This document shows, piece after piece, positions 52,916 through 64,000 of a stretch of 64,000 nucleotides of DNA. The position numbers and the translations under genes were made by a program. The stretch is from Octopus vulgaris (Eukaryota). The notes under the pieces are model-generated. The model ran no database searches, had not been told where the DNA came from, and worked only from the letters and a program-made list of their open reading frames with translations. The stretch is from contig OX597818.1 in NCBI GenBank assembly GCA_951406725.2, forward strand, positions 79,670,001 through 79,734,000, read 5' to 3'. Position 1 is the first letter of the stretch. Each line of letters starts with the position of its first letter.

Positions 52916-53396
52916 TATATGTGATATATATGATATACACGTCATTGGTTTGATGCTGAGAGAAATCTCTCAACAATTATCAAGCCTGTCACATGGAACG
53001 TTGGTACTCGCGTCCACCTCAGATGAGAATACACGAGGCTACACGAGACTATGGAATTTGGGGATAAAATAAAGGAATATACAGATAATAGGAAGTAACT
53101 TACAAATCCTAATTCTTCTTATCTCCCTTGCACTATTCCTGGAATCTTTATAAGGTGTTACGTTCGCTCTGAATTGATTAATTTCTTAAAATTTTCGTAA
53201 GGGAACGTGTGCCCGTTCAAATTTATGAACAGAAATATAAAAATACCCCTAAGTGCACAGGCACATCCAAGCAAAATATGTACACAGACACACTGGTATA
53301 GCTACACCAAACACTCACGTGTATAGTTATATATATAGATAGATAGATAAACAGACTGATAGACAGACAGATAGACAGACAGATAGACAGACAGAC

Positions 53397-53465
<69 letters not shown>

Positions 53466-53924
53466 TACATGCATACATACATATGCGCACACACACTCAT
53501 GCACCTGCTTTATGTGTTTAGTTCGTGTTTTAGTATGTGAACATAATTGTGGAGTTTCACATATGTTGACGCCAAACCTGGTCGATGGGGTTGTAAATTC
53601 ATGGGGTTGTGGATTCATAACTTTGTGCATGTATATTTTCTATGGATCACGTGATGTTATAAATATGTACAATGCACATACACCTGTGTAATGAGGGAAT
53701 CCAGCATAAGTTTATGGGGGCATGCGTCCTATATGCGTAATGTTCATATGATGCATACAATTAATGTACAGAAAAAACTTACCAAGTTAGAGAGGTGCCA
53801 CCTTTGCATGTATATATATATATATATATATATATACTCTCTCTCTCTCACACACATACACACACACACACACACCTATAGACGCAGACGTGTTTGTATG
53901 GTAAGAAGCTTGCTTCTGGTTTGT

Positions 53925-54700
53925 TGATTGCTGTTGAACTGCTATTTTTGTGTGGAACACGTGTGTTTGGTCGTCTTGCAGTAGTAGTGTTTGACGTCTT
54001 CCATTTTGTTTCAAGGGGAAAACGTCGTAGGTGCGTAATGGAATACGAAGGTTTGAGTTCTTATTCTTCAGACTTTATGTCGTCTGACGAAGAGTTGCTT
54101 AAAAGTCTGAAGAGAATAAATGAAGCAATGGAGACAAAGAATTATGCAGAAGCGGCGAAAGAAAAAAGCAATAAGTTTTGAAAGGGAAAAGGAAAAAACA
54201 ATTATTTACAGGACGTACTCAGTAACCGGAAATTTGAAACCAAGTCGACGGCTCAAGTTGAAAAGACATTGAAACCACTCTGGTAAGGGATTTCCTACCT
54301 TGCCAGAGGAAAAAGTTTGGGACGGTAGAGGTGCAGTTTCGGGAGGTAGCTACTGCTAGGCTGCACTCAGCAATACCGTTAAAACCTGATGAAGTGGTGC
54401 TTCTACCCATTTACCTTGGGAGACGTGCTTCCAGGGTTAGGGTAGAAGATATACCCCCAGAAATTGATGTAGCCTGGCTAGTAGCCGCCATACTGTTGGG
54501 CATGGAAGAGAAGGAAGTGGTCCATCAAGCCACCGGAATACCCCACAGGAACAGGCAAGAGCAGAGCAAAGAAATGACAGTACAGGCGGCCCCGGAAGAC
54601 ATCGAAAACATGGTCGAGACTATCACGGTCGAAGAGGTAACACTCAGAGTCAGAGTGGAAGGAAGGATCTCACGATGCTATAAATAGGCATATGATGTTT
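53925..54700 (+). mobile_element. LINE (Tx1/L1-like) 5' UTR and ORF1 pseudogene fragment
   Basis: ATG at 54038: MEYEGLSSYSSDF...LLPIYLGRRASRVRVEDIPPEI...LRVRVEGRISRCYK*, with stops; ends where a CCHC zinc knuckle would begin. Confidence 0.6.
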
Positions 54701-55549
54701 TCCGATTACCGATCGTAATCAACGCCCGTGCAACTGTACATCAGGTGTTGAAGGGTGGTGTTTATTCCCGATCGATGATCGGTTAGCTTCATACCTCCTG
54801 CCGCAAAAGTTTTAGTAATGCGAATGAGTGTTTCATGTCTGTATAATATATTAAATATGTTATCTATTTCTAATTGCTGTTTGTGTGCGTGTGCGTGTGT
54901 GCGCGTAAACACACACGCATATGTATACATATAAATTTGACATGGGTTATTCATTCTTGTCTTGGGATTAAGTCAAACGGCTGGGTGGAATTGCGAGAAA
55001 AATTACACAGATGTGTAGAAAGATCCGGTTGTGCTGCTAGGCTTTGTATTTTTTTCATAGCTCCCATGGTTACCGAAATAATCTACTATAATAATACTCT
55101 TGTGTTTATGAATGAGAAAGGAAGGGGTGATAGACGAATAAGGAAGGAAGGGGTGATGTCATAATTGGTAGTAAGATGATGAAAACTGTACGCTGAAAAA
55201 TAAATCAAACAGCAATTCAACTCCATGTGAATATATGTGAGTGTATGTAAAAGGGGGTACGTGAATGTGTGTGTCTCTGTGTGTTTCTGTGAGCGTGTGC
55301 ACGCGCAATGGAAGTGGGGTGGTTCATCTTTGTTTGCTTAGTATTTGGTTTATTTTTTGATTTGGTTGAATCTTGGTTGTTCTTTCTTTTTTGGTCAGTT
55401 ATTTTTAGCATTTTGACAGAAAAAAGTCATTCTACAATTGTTGTTTAACGTAAGCGGATCCAAACAAGTCGAATACTTACACAGAGCAAGTTTTATAGCT
55501 ACATCATCCAAACCGACCGGGTGAAACCGGGCTTAGCTGCTAGTATGCT

Positions 55550-55631
<82 letters not shown>

Positions 55632-55739
55632 GAGAGAGAGAGAGAGAGAGAGGTTTAATTTACAGCGTCCTCGATACTTGCAAATTCTCTCTCCGTTTCC
55701 CCGTATTTCTTTTCTAACTTAATATTTCCTCTTTCCGAG

Positions 55740-55972
55740 GGCGGCGAGCTGGCAGAATCGTTAGCACGCCGGTTGAAATGTTTAGCGGTATTTCGCCTGC
55801 CATTACGTTCTGAGTTCAAATTCTGCCAAGGTCGACTTTGCCCTTCATCCTTTCCGAGTCGATTAAATAAGTACCATTTACGCACTGGAGTCGGTATAAT
55901 CGACTTAATCCCTTTGTCTGTCCTTGTTTGTCTCCTCTATGTTTAGCCCCCTGTGGGCAATAGTGAAATAAA
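55740..55972 (+). mobile_element. SINE family D, full-length, Tx1-like tail
   Basis: GGCGGCGAGCTGGCAGAATCGTTAGCACGCCGG...CTGTCCTTGTTTG...GCCCCCTGTGGGCAATAGTGAAATA. Confidence 0.88.
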
Positions 55973-56347
55973 TATTTTCTCTTTCTTCTAAGCACACAAA
56001 CACGCGCACGCACATAGACACGCACGCACACACACACACAATCATACTCACAGACACTCATTCACTCTGTTTTCTCTCTCCTTACATTCTATCATTATTT
56101 TCCTCTCTGCTCTTCCCTCCCCCTTATAATTTCAAAACCTCTGTTTCTCCCTCCTCATATTCCTATTTATATTTTTATTTCTGTTTTTACTCATTTTTTT
56201 TACATTTCTATTTTAATGTATTTATATTTCAGAGATGTTTAATATTACTTTTTGAAATATTATATATACATATTTATATATGTGCATTTCATGTAATGCT
56301 TATGCACTTTGCCAGAATCTTTCGGCTCAGGTTCGTTTTGAAAGATC

Positions 56348-56423
56348 TTAACTGAAGAAAATGTTATTTAAGAAATGAATTCTTTACTCTCTCTTTCATA
56401 ATGATCTGAAACATGCGTAGTAA
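56348..56423 (+). ncRNA. Type I hammerhead-like motif, degenerate
   Basis: TTAA-CTGAAGA-long AT-rich stem II-GAAAC-ATGC-GTA-GTAA. Confidence 0.45.
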
Positions 56424-56740
56424 ATATATTCAGAATATCAATATTTAGTTTAACCTTATATAATATATGAATATATATATATATATATATAATATACATA
56501 AACATATATATGCATATTTTGATATGAATATTTTAATGTTATATACATACACACTGATATATAGAGATGTACAGTTATACCTTTAATATTCGTATTAAAA
56601 AAATCTCATACATTTTAAAGAAGTTTTACACCTTAATTTTCTTCTAGTTTCATTTTGATAAAAACAAGTGAAAGTATGTTTGTGCGCGTTCCCAATTAAT
56701 CATGGCTGAAATGCATGTGTGTGCTTACCCGTGTAAGTAC

Positions 56741-56841
<101 letters not shown>

Positions 56842-57316
56842 CGTGTGAGTGGATATATGTGTGTGCGTACTTGCATGTAAATGTGTGTACACACCTGTAC
56901 GAATACTTATGTCTGCGGATGCACACACAGGTATCACACAAAGAAGTGTGCCTGTTTTTGGGCGTTTACATCTACCTAGATCTGTGGTACGTATATTCAC
57001 ATTTATATAAATAGGTCACATGCACACACGTATATATATATATATATATTTGTGTGTGTGTGTGTGTGTATAAATACATACACGCATGCATGCATACATG
57101 AATTGCATACATACATGCATACATATATACATGCATGCATACATAGATATATACATACATACATGCATACTTACACATACATACAACCAGCCGAAATTGC
57201 AAAGATAATCTGGAACTCAACTGAGGATAGAAAACTCCGAATGACCCGTCCTTGTTTTCTTTGTATCGTCTGTCTGGATGCTTTGCTGTCCCTTTTTTGT
57301 ATCATCTTTAGGGTGT

Positions 57317-57493
57317 AAATTCTTTAGGGTGTACATACTTCTGCCAGATACTGTATATATGATATATATGATATACACATCATTGGTTTGATGCTGAGAG
57401 AAATCTCTCAACAATTATCAAGCCTGTCACATGGAACGTTGGTACTCGCGCCCACCTCAGATGAGAATACACAAGGCTACACAAGACTATGGA
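57317..57493 (+). repeat. 177-bp direct duplicate of 52879-53055
   Basis: About 6 substitutions; includes the Tc1 terminus and its non-transposon flank. Confidence 0.92.
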
Positions 57494-57571
57494 CAACTGT
57501 CTTGTCCCATCTTTGTATTTTTATACATACATACATACATACATACATACATACATACATACATACATACA

Positions 57572-57607
<36 letters not shown>

Positions 57608-57905
57608 TACATACATACATACAAGTATAGTGGAATCTCCCGTCGCTGACGACATGTCAGGGTTTTGCTATTTCTTGCTGAGCATCCTCAATAGTTGGTT
57701 TGTTAATTGTGATCAAATGTTTGTGGTGCAAATTAGCTCCGCGCTCTACCTCCACCAAGTAGTCATTACCTGCACAGGCACGTGTATCATATATACATAA
57801 ATACATATATGTGTGTGCGTCTATATGACTCTAAATATACGAATGCGCTCGTGTATATGTGTGAGTGTGTGTGTATCTATCTAGCTATTAATACATATAT
57901 ATATA

Positions 57906-58307
57906 TACTTTTACTCTTTTACTTGTTTCAGTCATTTGACTGCGGCCATGCAGGAGCACCGCCTTTAGTCGAGAAAATCGACCCCGGGACTTATTCTTTG
58001 TAAGCCCAGTACTTATTCTATCGGTCTCTTTTGCCGAACCGCTATGTGACGGGGACGTAAACACTCCAGCATCGGTTGTCAAGCAATGCTAGGGGGACAA
58101 ACACAGACACACAAACACACACACATACACACATATATATACATATATACGACAGGCTTCTTTCAGTTTCCGTCTACGAAATCCACTCACAAGGCATTGG
58201 TCAGCCCGGGGCTATAGCAGAAGACACTTGCCCAAGATGCCACGCAGTGGGACTGAACCCGGAACCATGTGGCTGGTTAGCAAGCTACTTACCACACAGC
58301 CACTCCT
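57906..58307 (-). mobile_element. SINE family A, young subfamily
   Basis: Near-identical to 16858-17274. Confidence 0.9.
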
Positions 58308-58316
58308 ATATATATA

Positions 58317-58588
58317 GTGAAGTCGCATGCCTCAGTGGTTAGGACGTCGCTTTCACAGTCATGAGATAGCGAGTTCGATTCTTAAGCCGAGCTGTGTGTC
58401 ATGTTCTTCAGCAAAACAAGCTATATCGGGCTTTGCCTTTACCTTGGATAACAGCAGTGACTTGGAGATGGGAAGTTGATATGTAATGGTGATTGCTGAT
58501 CTTCCATAAGCAACATTGCTCGGACGTGCCTCGGAGGGTAACTTTCTAGTTGCAATTCCATGGCCATTCATGACCAAAGACGGTCTTT
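58317..58588 (+). mobile_element. SINE family B, diverged
   Basis: GAAGTCGCATGCCTCAGTGGTTAGG...CCATGGCCATTCATGACCAAAG. Confidence 0.75.
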
Positions 58589-58601
58589 AGCTTTTACTCT
58601 T

Positions 58602-58709
<108 letters not shown>

Positions 58710-59230
58710 CATACATACATACATACATACATAAATACATAAATACATACATACATACATAAAATTAGATCAGTAATGGGTTAAATGTTCAACTGTTTCA
58801 GACGCGTCTTTATTAATGAATAACTCAATTATATCAACTGAAATATTGGGGTCTATCCACTTTCCACAATTTTTTCTCCGAACCAAATTTTTAATTTTTC
58901 CTTCACCTGTTTTTTGGGGGGTTTTTCTTATTTTGGTTTTTTGTTTTTGGGTGGGCAGGGGATTCATAGTGCAATTGAATTATTCATCAATAAGAAAACA
59001 CCTCTGAAACAGCTGTAGTGAACCTTTAACCCGTTTGTGTTGTTTGTCAGCACCATACCTGTAACCTTCCTTGTGTTGGATCTGGAACTTACACTGGATC
59101 GTGAAAGTGAAGCTGCATGCCGATGTGCATGGGTATATGTCTTCATGTACATGTTTAGTTACATGTATTTCCACATTTGTATGTGCATGTACATATGTGT
59201 CACTGTGTGCATGGGTATATATATATATTT

Positions 59231-59385
59231 ATTTTATCGGTCTATCTTAGCGAACTGTTAGGTAACGGGGAAGAAAGCACATCAACAGTAGTTGTCAAGT
59301 TGCGTTGGGGAACAGAGACACAAAGAGTCAGGCACGTATGTACACACATAGACGCACACGTGTTTGTGTATATACATACACACGT

Positions 59386-59466
<81 letters not shown>

Positions 59467-59609
59467 CACATATATATATACATACATATTATATATACGA
59501 CCTACTCGCTTAGCCAGCGAGCTGGCGTCATTTGAAGGCTAAAACAATGCGAAGCGCATTGTGACCAGCGATGTGTAGCAACATCTGATAGCCTGGTCGG
59601 TCACGTGAT

Positions 59610-59669
<60 letters not shown>

Positions 59670-59795
59670 GACGGGTTTCTTTTACTTCTACGCACAAGAG
59701 TTTGGTTGGACCGAGGCTATAGTAAAGGACGGGGTACCACGTAGTGAGATTGAACCCGGAACCACGAGGCTGGAAAGCAAATTTCTTACCACACA
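59231..59795 (-). mobile_element. Old SINE family A copy whose internal microsatellite hosts the 118-bp element
   Basis: 3' part at 59231-59330; head at 59668-59795. Confidence 0.65.
59499..59616 (-). repeat. Unclassified 118-bp interspersed element (copy 2)
   Basis: Reverse complement of 20902-21019 with a few substitutions. Confidence 0.85.
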
Positions 59796-60396
59796 AATTA
59801 AATCGGTACCAAATTATTTTCCCTGTCTTTCGACTTTATATATCTCGAAACAATTGAGAGAACGATTACAGAATTAGAAATAAAAATAAAAAAAATAATA
59901 GTAATAATAATAATAGGAACATTGAAAATTCTGCAGGAATCGAACCGTTGTCGTTAATATTTCTGTCTTAAGCGCTGGAGCGAGATTTATTCAGAAAGTG
60001 CAGCTAGAGTGACTGGCAAAGCAACAGCAATTAAAACAAATAAGATGCGTAACTGGATACATAATAAATATTTCTGCGGCTTTGTAGAGACACAGTCTGC
60101 TTTGTAGAGTTATAAATTGTCGAATAACTTCAACCGCATACGAACATTAAAAACATGTAACTTTATTTATAGGCGACCAACTTGATAACTACATACAGCA
60201 TGCTTACACATATTGACACGCTCAAATATATGTATGTACTGTATGTACAACCAAATATACATACACATTTCTATATATCTATATATATCCCACTCGATAC
60301 AGACGCAACATTAACAAATATATATATGTATGTATATATATGCACACACAGACATATATATGTATATGTATATATATATATATGTGTGTGTGTATA

Positions 60397-60465
<69 letters not shown>

Positions 60466-60688
60466 GTATATATGTGTTTGTGTGATACATACACACATCT
60501 TGACAGACGTACACGCACATATATAGAGAGAGAAAGAGGGCAAACAGAATTTCAGTTATCTCAGGTACTTCAAATATGAGTAATGTGTTTCCGCGCGCGT
60601 GTGTGTGTGCGTGTAAATATATTGCATTGACCAATCCAATGTGAGCGGAATTTTGCAGAGAATATCTACTAAAGTCAGTCATTCATTC

Positions 60689-60874
<186 letters not shown>

Positions 60875-60895
60875 CGTATGTACGTATGTATGTAT

Positions 60896-61920
60896 GGGAC
60901 TGTCTTGGGTCCGCTACTCTTCATAATCTACATAAACGACTTTTCCAGTGTCGTACATAACTGCAAAGTGAAAATATTTGCTGATAACACCAAGCTCCAG
61001 CAAATCGTCAATGAAGAAGCAGACCGAACTCAACTCCAGTCTGATCTATATGCTGTGAGTCAATGGGCAGACAGAAACAAAATGCAACTAAACGAGGGAA
61101 AATTTGTCTGATGCATTTTGGAAGAAACTCCTCACTAAAACAGCCATACTCTCTTCCTTCAGGGGAACCGCTCACAGCCTAGGTGTAATTGTTGATAACG
61201 ATCTCAGTTGGAGTGCACACATCAACAAGAAGGTCGATATAGCTCGTAGGATGAGTTCCTGGATCTTAAGAACTTTCCGGTCCAGAGAACAAGGTGTCAT
61301 CATACCACTTTTTTCCTCCTTTGTACGGCCACACCTCGAATACTGCTGCCCACTGTGGTCTCCCCATACAAGACAAAACATCTCGAGGATTGAATCACCC
61401 CAGAGAGCACTCACTAAACGAATGGAAGGCATGGCTGCTCTCGATTATTGGGATCGCCTTAAAGCCTTGAAACTCTACTCTCTCCAGCGTCGCCGTGAGC
61501 GGTACATCATTTGTACGATGTGGAGAATATACCGCCAACTTTGCCCAAACGACCTGAACATAAGCTTCAAGGTTCATCCAAGACTGGGACCACGGGCCAT
61601 ACGTCCCCTACCCAATTCAAGATCACAGCATACATATACACTACAACATAATTTCTTTTCCTCAACAGGCCCTGCCCTATTTAACATTGTCCCGAAAGAG
61701 ATCAAAGAGGAACAGGATCCCATCATCTTTAAACGGAGTCTGGATAGATTCCTTCAAAGAATACCAGATAAGCCACCCATAATTGGATACAACTCACCCA
61801 ACAAAAACTCACTACTTGACTTAAACAGGATTCAAATAATCCTATCAGGTGGTACTATTAAGTTAGACATGGCCTGGACCAATCATTGGTCGAAACACAT
61901 CTAAGTTTTATCTAAGTTTT
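60896..61920 (+). mobile_element. CR1-clade LINE, 5'-truncated (RT C-terminal half, frameshifted)
   Basis: [15 protein letters not shown]...IFADNTKL (DD motif reads DN), LGVIVDNDLSW, VRPHLEYCCPLWSP, YWDRLKALKLYSLQRRRER; 3' hairpin GACCAAT-C-ATTGGTC and (ATCTAAGTTTT)2 tail. Confidence 0.92.
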
Positions 61921-61972
61921 ATATATATATATATACATACATATATACACATATATCTATATGCATATATGT

Positions 61973-62027
<55 letters not shown>

Positions 62028-62219
62028 AATGAAGATATTTAGACCTCTTATAGGGATATTTTCATCAAAGGTAGATTGGTTTAATATACTGTATTTTGCA
62101 GAAATATTTCATTAATTAATATATTGTATATAATATCGTAAAATATCAAATATTATTATGAGGTTTGAAAGCAAAGAGATCAAATGCATACAAATTAATT
62201 AATTAATTAATTAAGATAT

Positions 62220-62294
62220 CCACCTACAATTGTTTCTCACAAACAAAATTAAAGCTACGAAAGATAATTTTGTATTTTAAAATGCCTCGGGTGG
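62220..62294 (-). ncRNA. Degenerate hammerhead-like motif
   Basis: CCACC-(CGAGGCA, decayed core)...GAAAC-AATT-GTA-GGTGG; palindromic ACAATTGT stem III. Confidence 0.4.
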
Positions 62295-62363
62295 AAAATC
62301 ATAAGAGTGCGGAAAGGACAATACAAGGATTACATTATGATCCGCTGGAATGCTCAGAAGATA

Positions 62364-62419
<56 letters not shown>

Positions 62420-62492
62420 CAGGTATATATTGAGTGCCAAATTTGGAACTTAAGGAATGAGAAACAGCAATATATATACGCATCAGTACATA

Positions 62493-63374
62493 CGAGATCA
62501 GATCAATAAGCATGCGGACTGTTGCCATAGTAACAAAGCTAAGGGACGCAGAGTGAAGCTGCTTCGCAGAGATTGAACTTGAACTCTGCTGTGCATGCGC
62601 ACTTAGATTTAGCGTTCTAGCTCACTTTCACTGTTTACAGTAGCGCTTGGAACGAACGTGTGAAGTATGTGATCGTCACATTGACCATGACAGAGAAAGT
62701 TGTCATGGCAATACCTGCACAGAGGCCTAAGCGTATGGAGAGGGGTGTATGAGCCGCATACAAGTCTATGAGTTGATCAGAGCTTTCTAAGATGTTCGAA
62801 ACGTGTTGGTATTGACGAAGGTTCTGAGAGTCCAGAAACCAGCAGAACTGAGAAAAAAATCACAGTTGAAGCTGTGAGGGGAATTCGTCGAATAATCATC
62901 AGTGAGTTATGAGCGTATGTGCAGATTAGTTACGGTTCAGTTCAGTCTATTATCACTGAAGATTGGGAATGAGACGCGTGTCTGCCAAGTTTGCGCCAAA
63001 ACTGCTTTCAGCTGACCAAAAAGACTCAGGATTTCAGTTTCACAAGTTTTCCTTTAGTTTGTCGACAACAATGATGGAAACTTTCTGAAAACTTTGCGTA
63101 GGCCTCTGAGCAGGTATCATCAAGCTTTTGGCAAACTTTGATGCAGATTCCCTGCTCAACTTTTTCTGTCATAGTCACTGCAACAACTACACGCTACACA
63201 CCTTCCTTCCAAGCACTGCTTAAAACAACAGAAGTGTGCTAGAACGTTAAAACTTAATGCCCATGCACAGCAGAGATAAAGGACAATCTGTATCATGCAG
63301 CTTTGCTCTGCGTACTTTAGCTTCGTTAGTATGGTAACAGTCCTGATACCTATTTACCTATTGATCAGAGCACG
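62493..63374 (+). mobile_element. Double-left-end mariner derivative (copy 3, complete, TA flanks)
   Basis: TA|CGAGATCAGATCAATAAG ... TATTGATCAGAGCACG|TA; same inversion junction and same long-arm deletion as copy 1. Confidence 0.88.
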
Positions 63375-63442
63375 TACATACATGCATACATATATGTGTG
63401 TGTTTGTGTTTGTGTGTGTTTGTGTTTGTGTGTGCATGTATG

Positions 63443-63481
<39 letters not shown>

Positions 63482-63522
63482 TGAGAGAGAGAGAGATAGA
63501 TAGATAGATATATAGATAGATG

Positions 63523-63563
<41 letters not shown>

Positions 63564-63646
63564 ATAGATATATATATAGATATATATATATATACATTTG
63601 TGTTTGTCTGTGTATACATACATACATACATACATACATACATACA

Positions 63647-63682
<36 letters not shown>

Positions 63683-63683
63683 T

Positions 63684-63886
63684 TCTTTTATTCTTTAATC
63701 CTTTCACTTGACTGCGGCCTTGTTGGCGCACCACCTTGAAGGGTTTTACACAAACAAATCGACCCCAGGACTTATTTTTTAAAGCATGGTACTAATTACA
63801 CTTTTGCCGAACCGCTAAGTTACGGAGACGTAAACACAACAACGCAAGACGTCAAGTGATAGTGGAGGGACAAGTGCAGATACAAA

Positions 63887-63975
<89 letters not shown>

Positions 63976-64000
63976 GATGGGCTTTTTTCAGCTTCTGTCT
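63684..64000 (-). mobile_element. SINE family A, runs off the window end
   Basis: TTGACTGCGGCC...TCGACCCCAG...TTTTGCCGAACCGCTAAGTTACGG...(CA)n(TA)n CGATGGGC. Confidence 0.75.

Noticed and set aside
55505-55544. Helitron-like 3' end (CCGG..CCGG hairpin plus CTAGT)
   Set aside because: No 5' end or second copy identifiable, so not listed as a feature
61862-61905. CR1 tail resembling a hammerhead (TTAGA...stem-GAAAC...TCTAA)
   Set aside because: CATGGCC stands where CUGAnGA is required; better explained as the LINE 3' recognition stem-loop

Overview
This is eukaryotic, AT-rich DNA saturated with microsatellites, and it looks intergenic or intronic. The repeat families and (TA)n/(CA)n/(TACA)n/(GATA)n density suggest a coleoid cephalopod such as Octopus; that is inference from memory, not a database result. 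I found no intact host gene. Nearly all ORFs in the track are microsatellite translations. The window is a mosaic of mobile-element debris. It holds about 35 tRNA-derived SINE copies in at least 4 modular families and LINE fragments of CR1, Tx1/L1 and R4/Dong type. It also holds Penelope-like remnants, Tc1/mariner fossils including a rearranged double-left-end mariner in 3 copies, a Chapaev3-like transposase fossil, piggyBac-like and pogo-like MITEs, and Helitron-like elements. Five signals are the most interesting. (1) About nine minimal hammerhead-ribozyme-like motifs, several with a recurrent CCGAnGA core, two of them beside long fold-back repeats. (2) Two SINE-LINE 3'-tail partnerships visible inside the window. 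(3) Head/tail module shuffling among SINEs. (4) Two kb-range local duplications with stuttered junctions, suggesting templated repair insertions. (5) An unclassified, structured 118-bp element inserted in (TA)n. Coordinates were counted by eye, and fossil boundaries are approximate.
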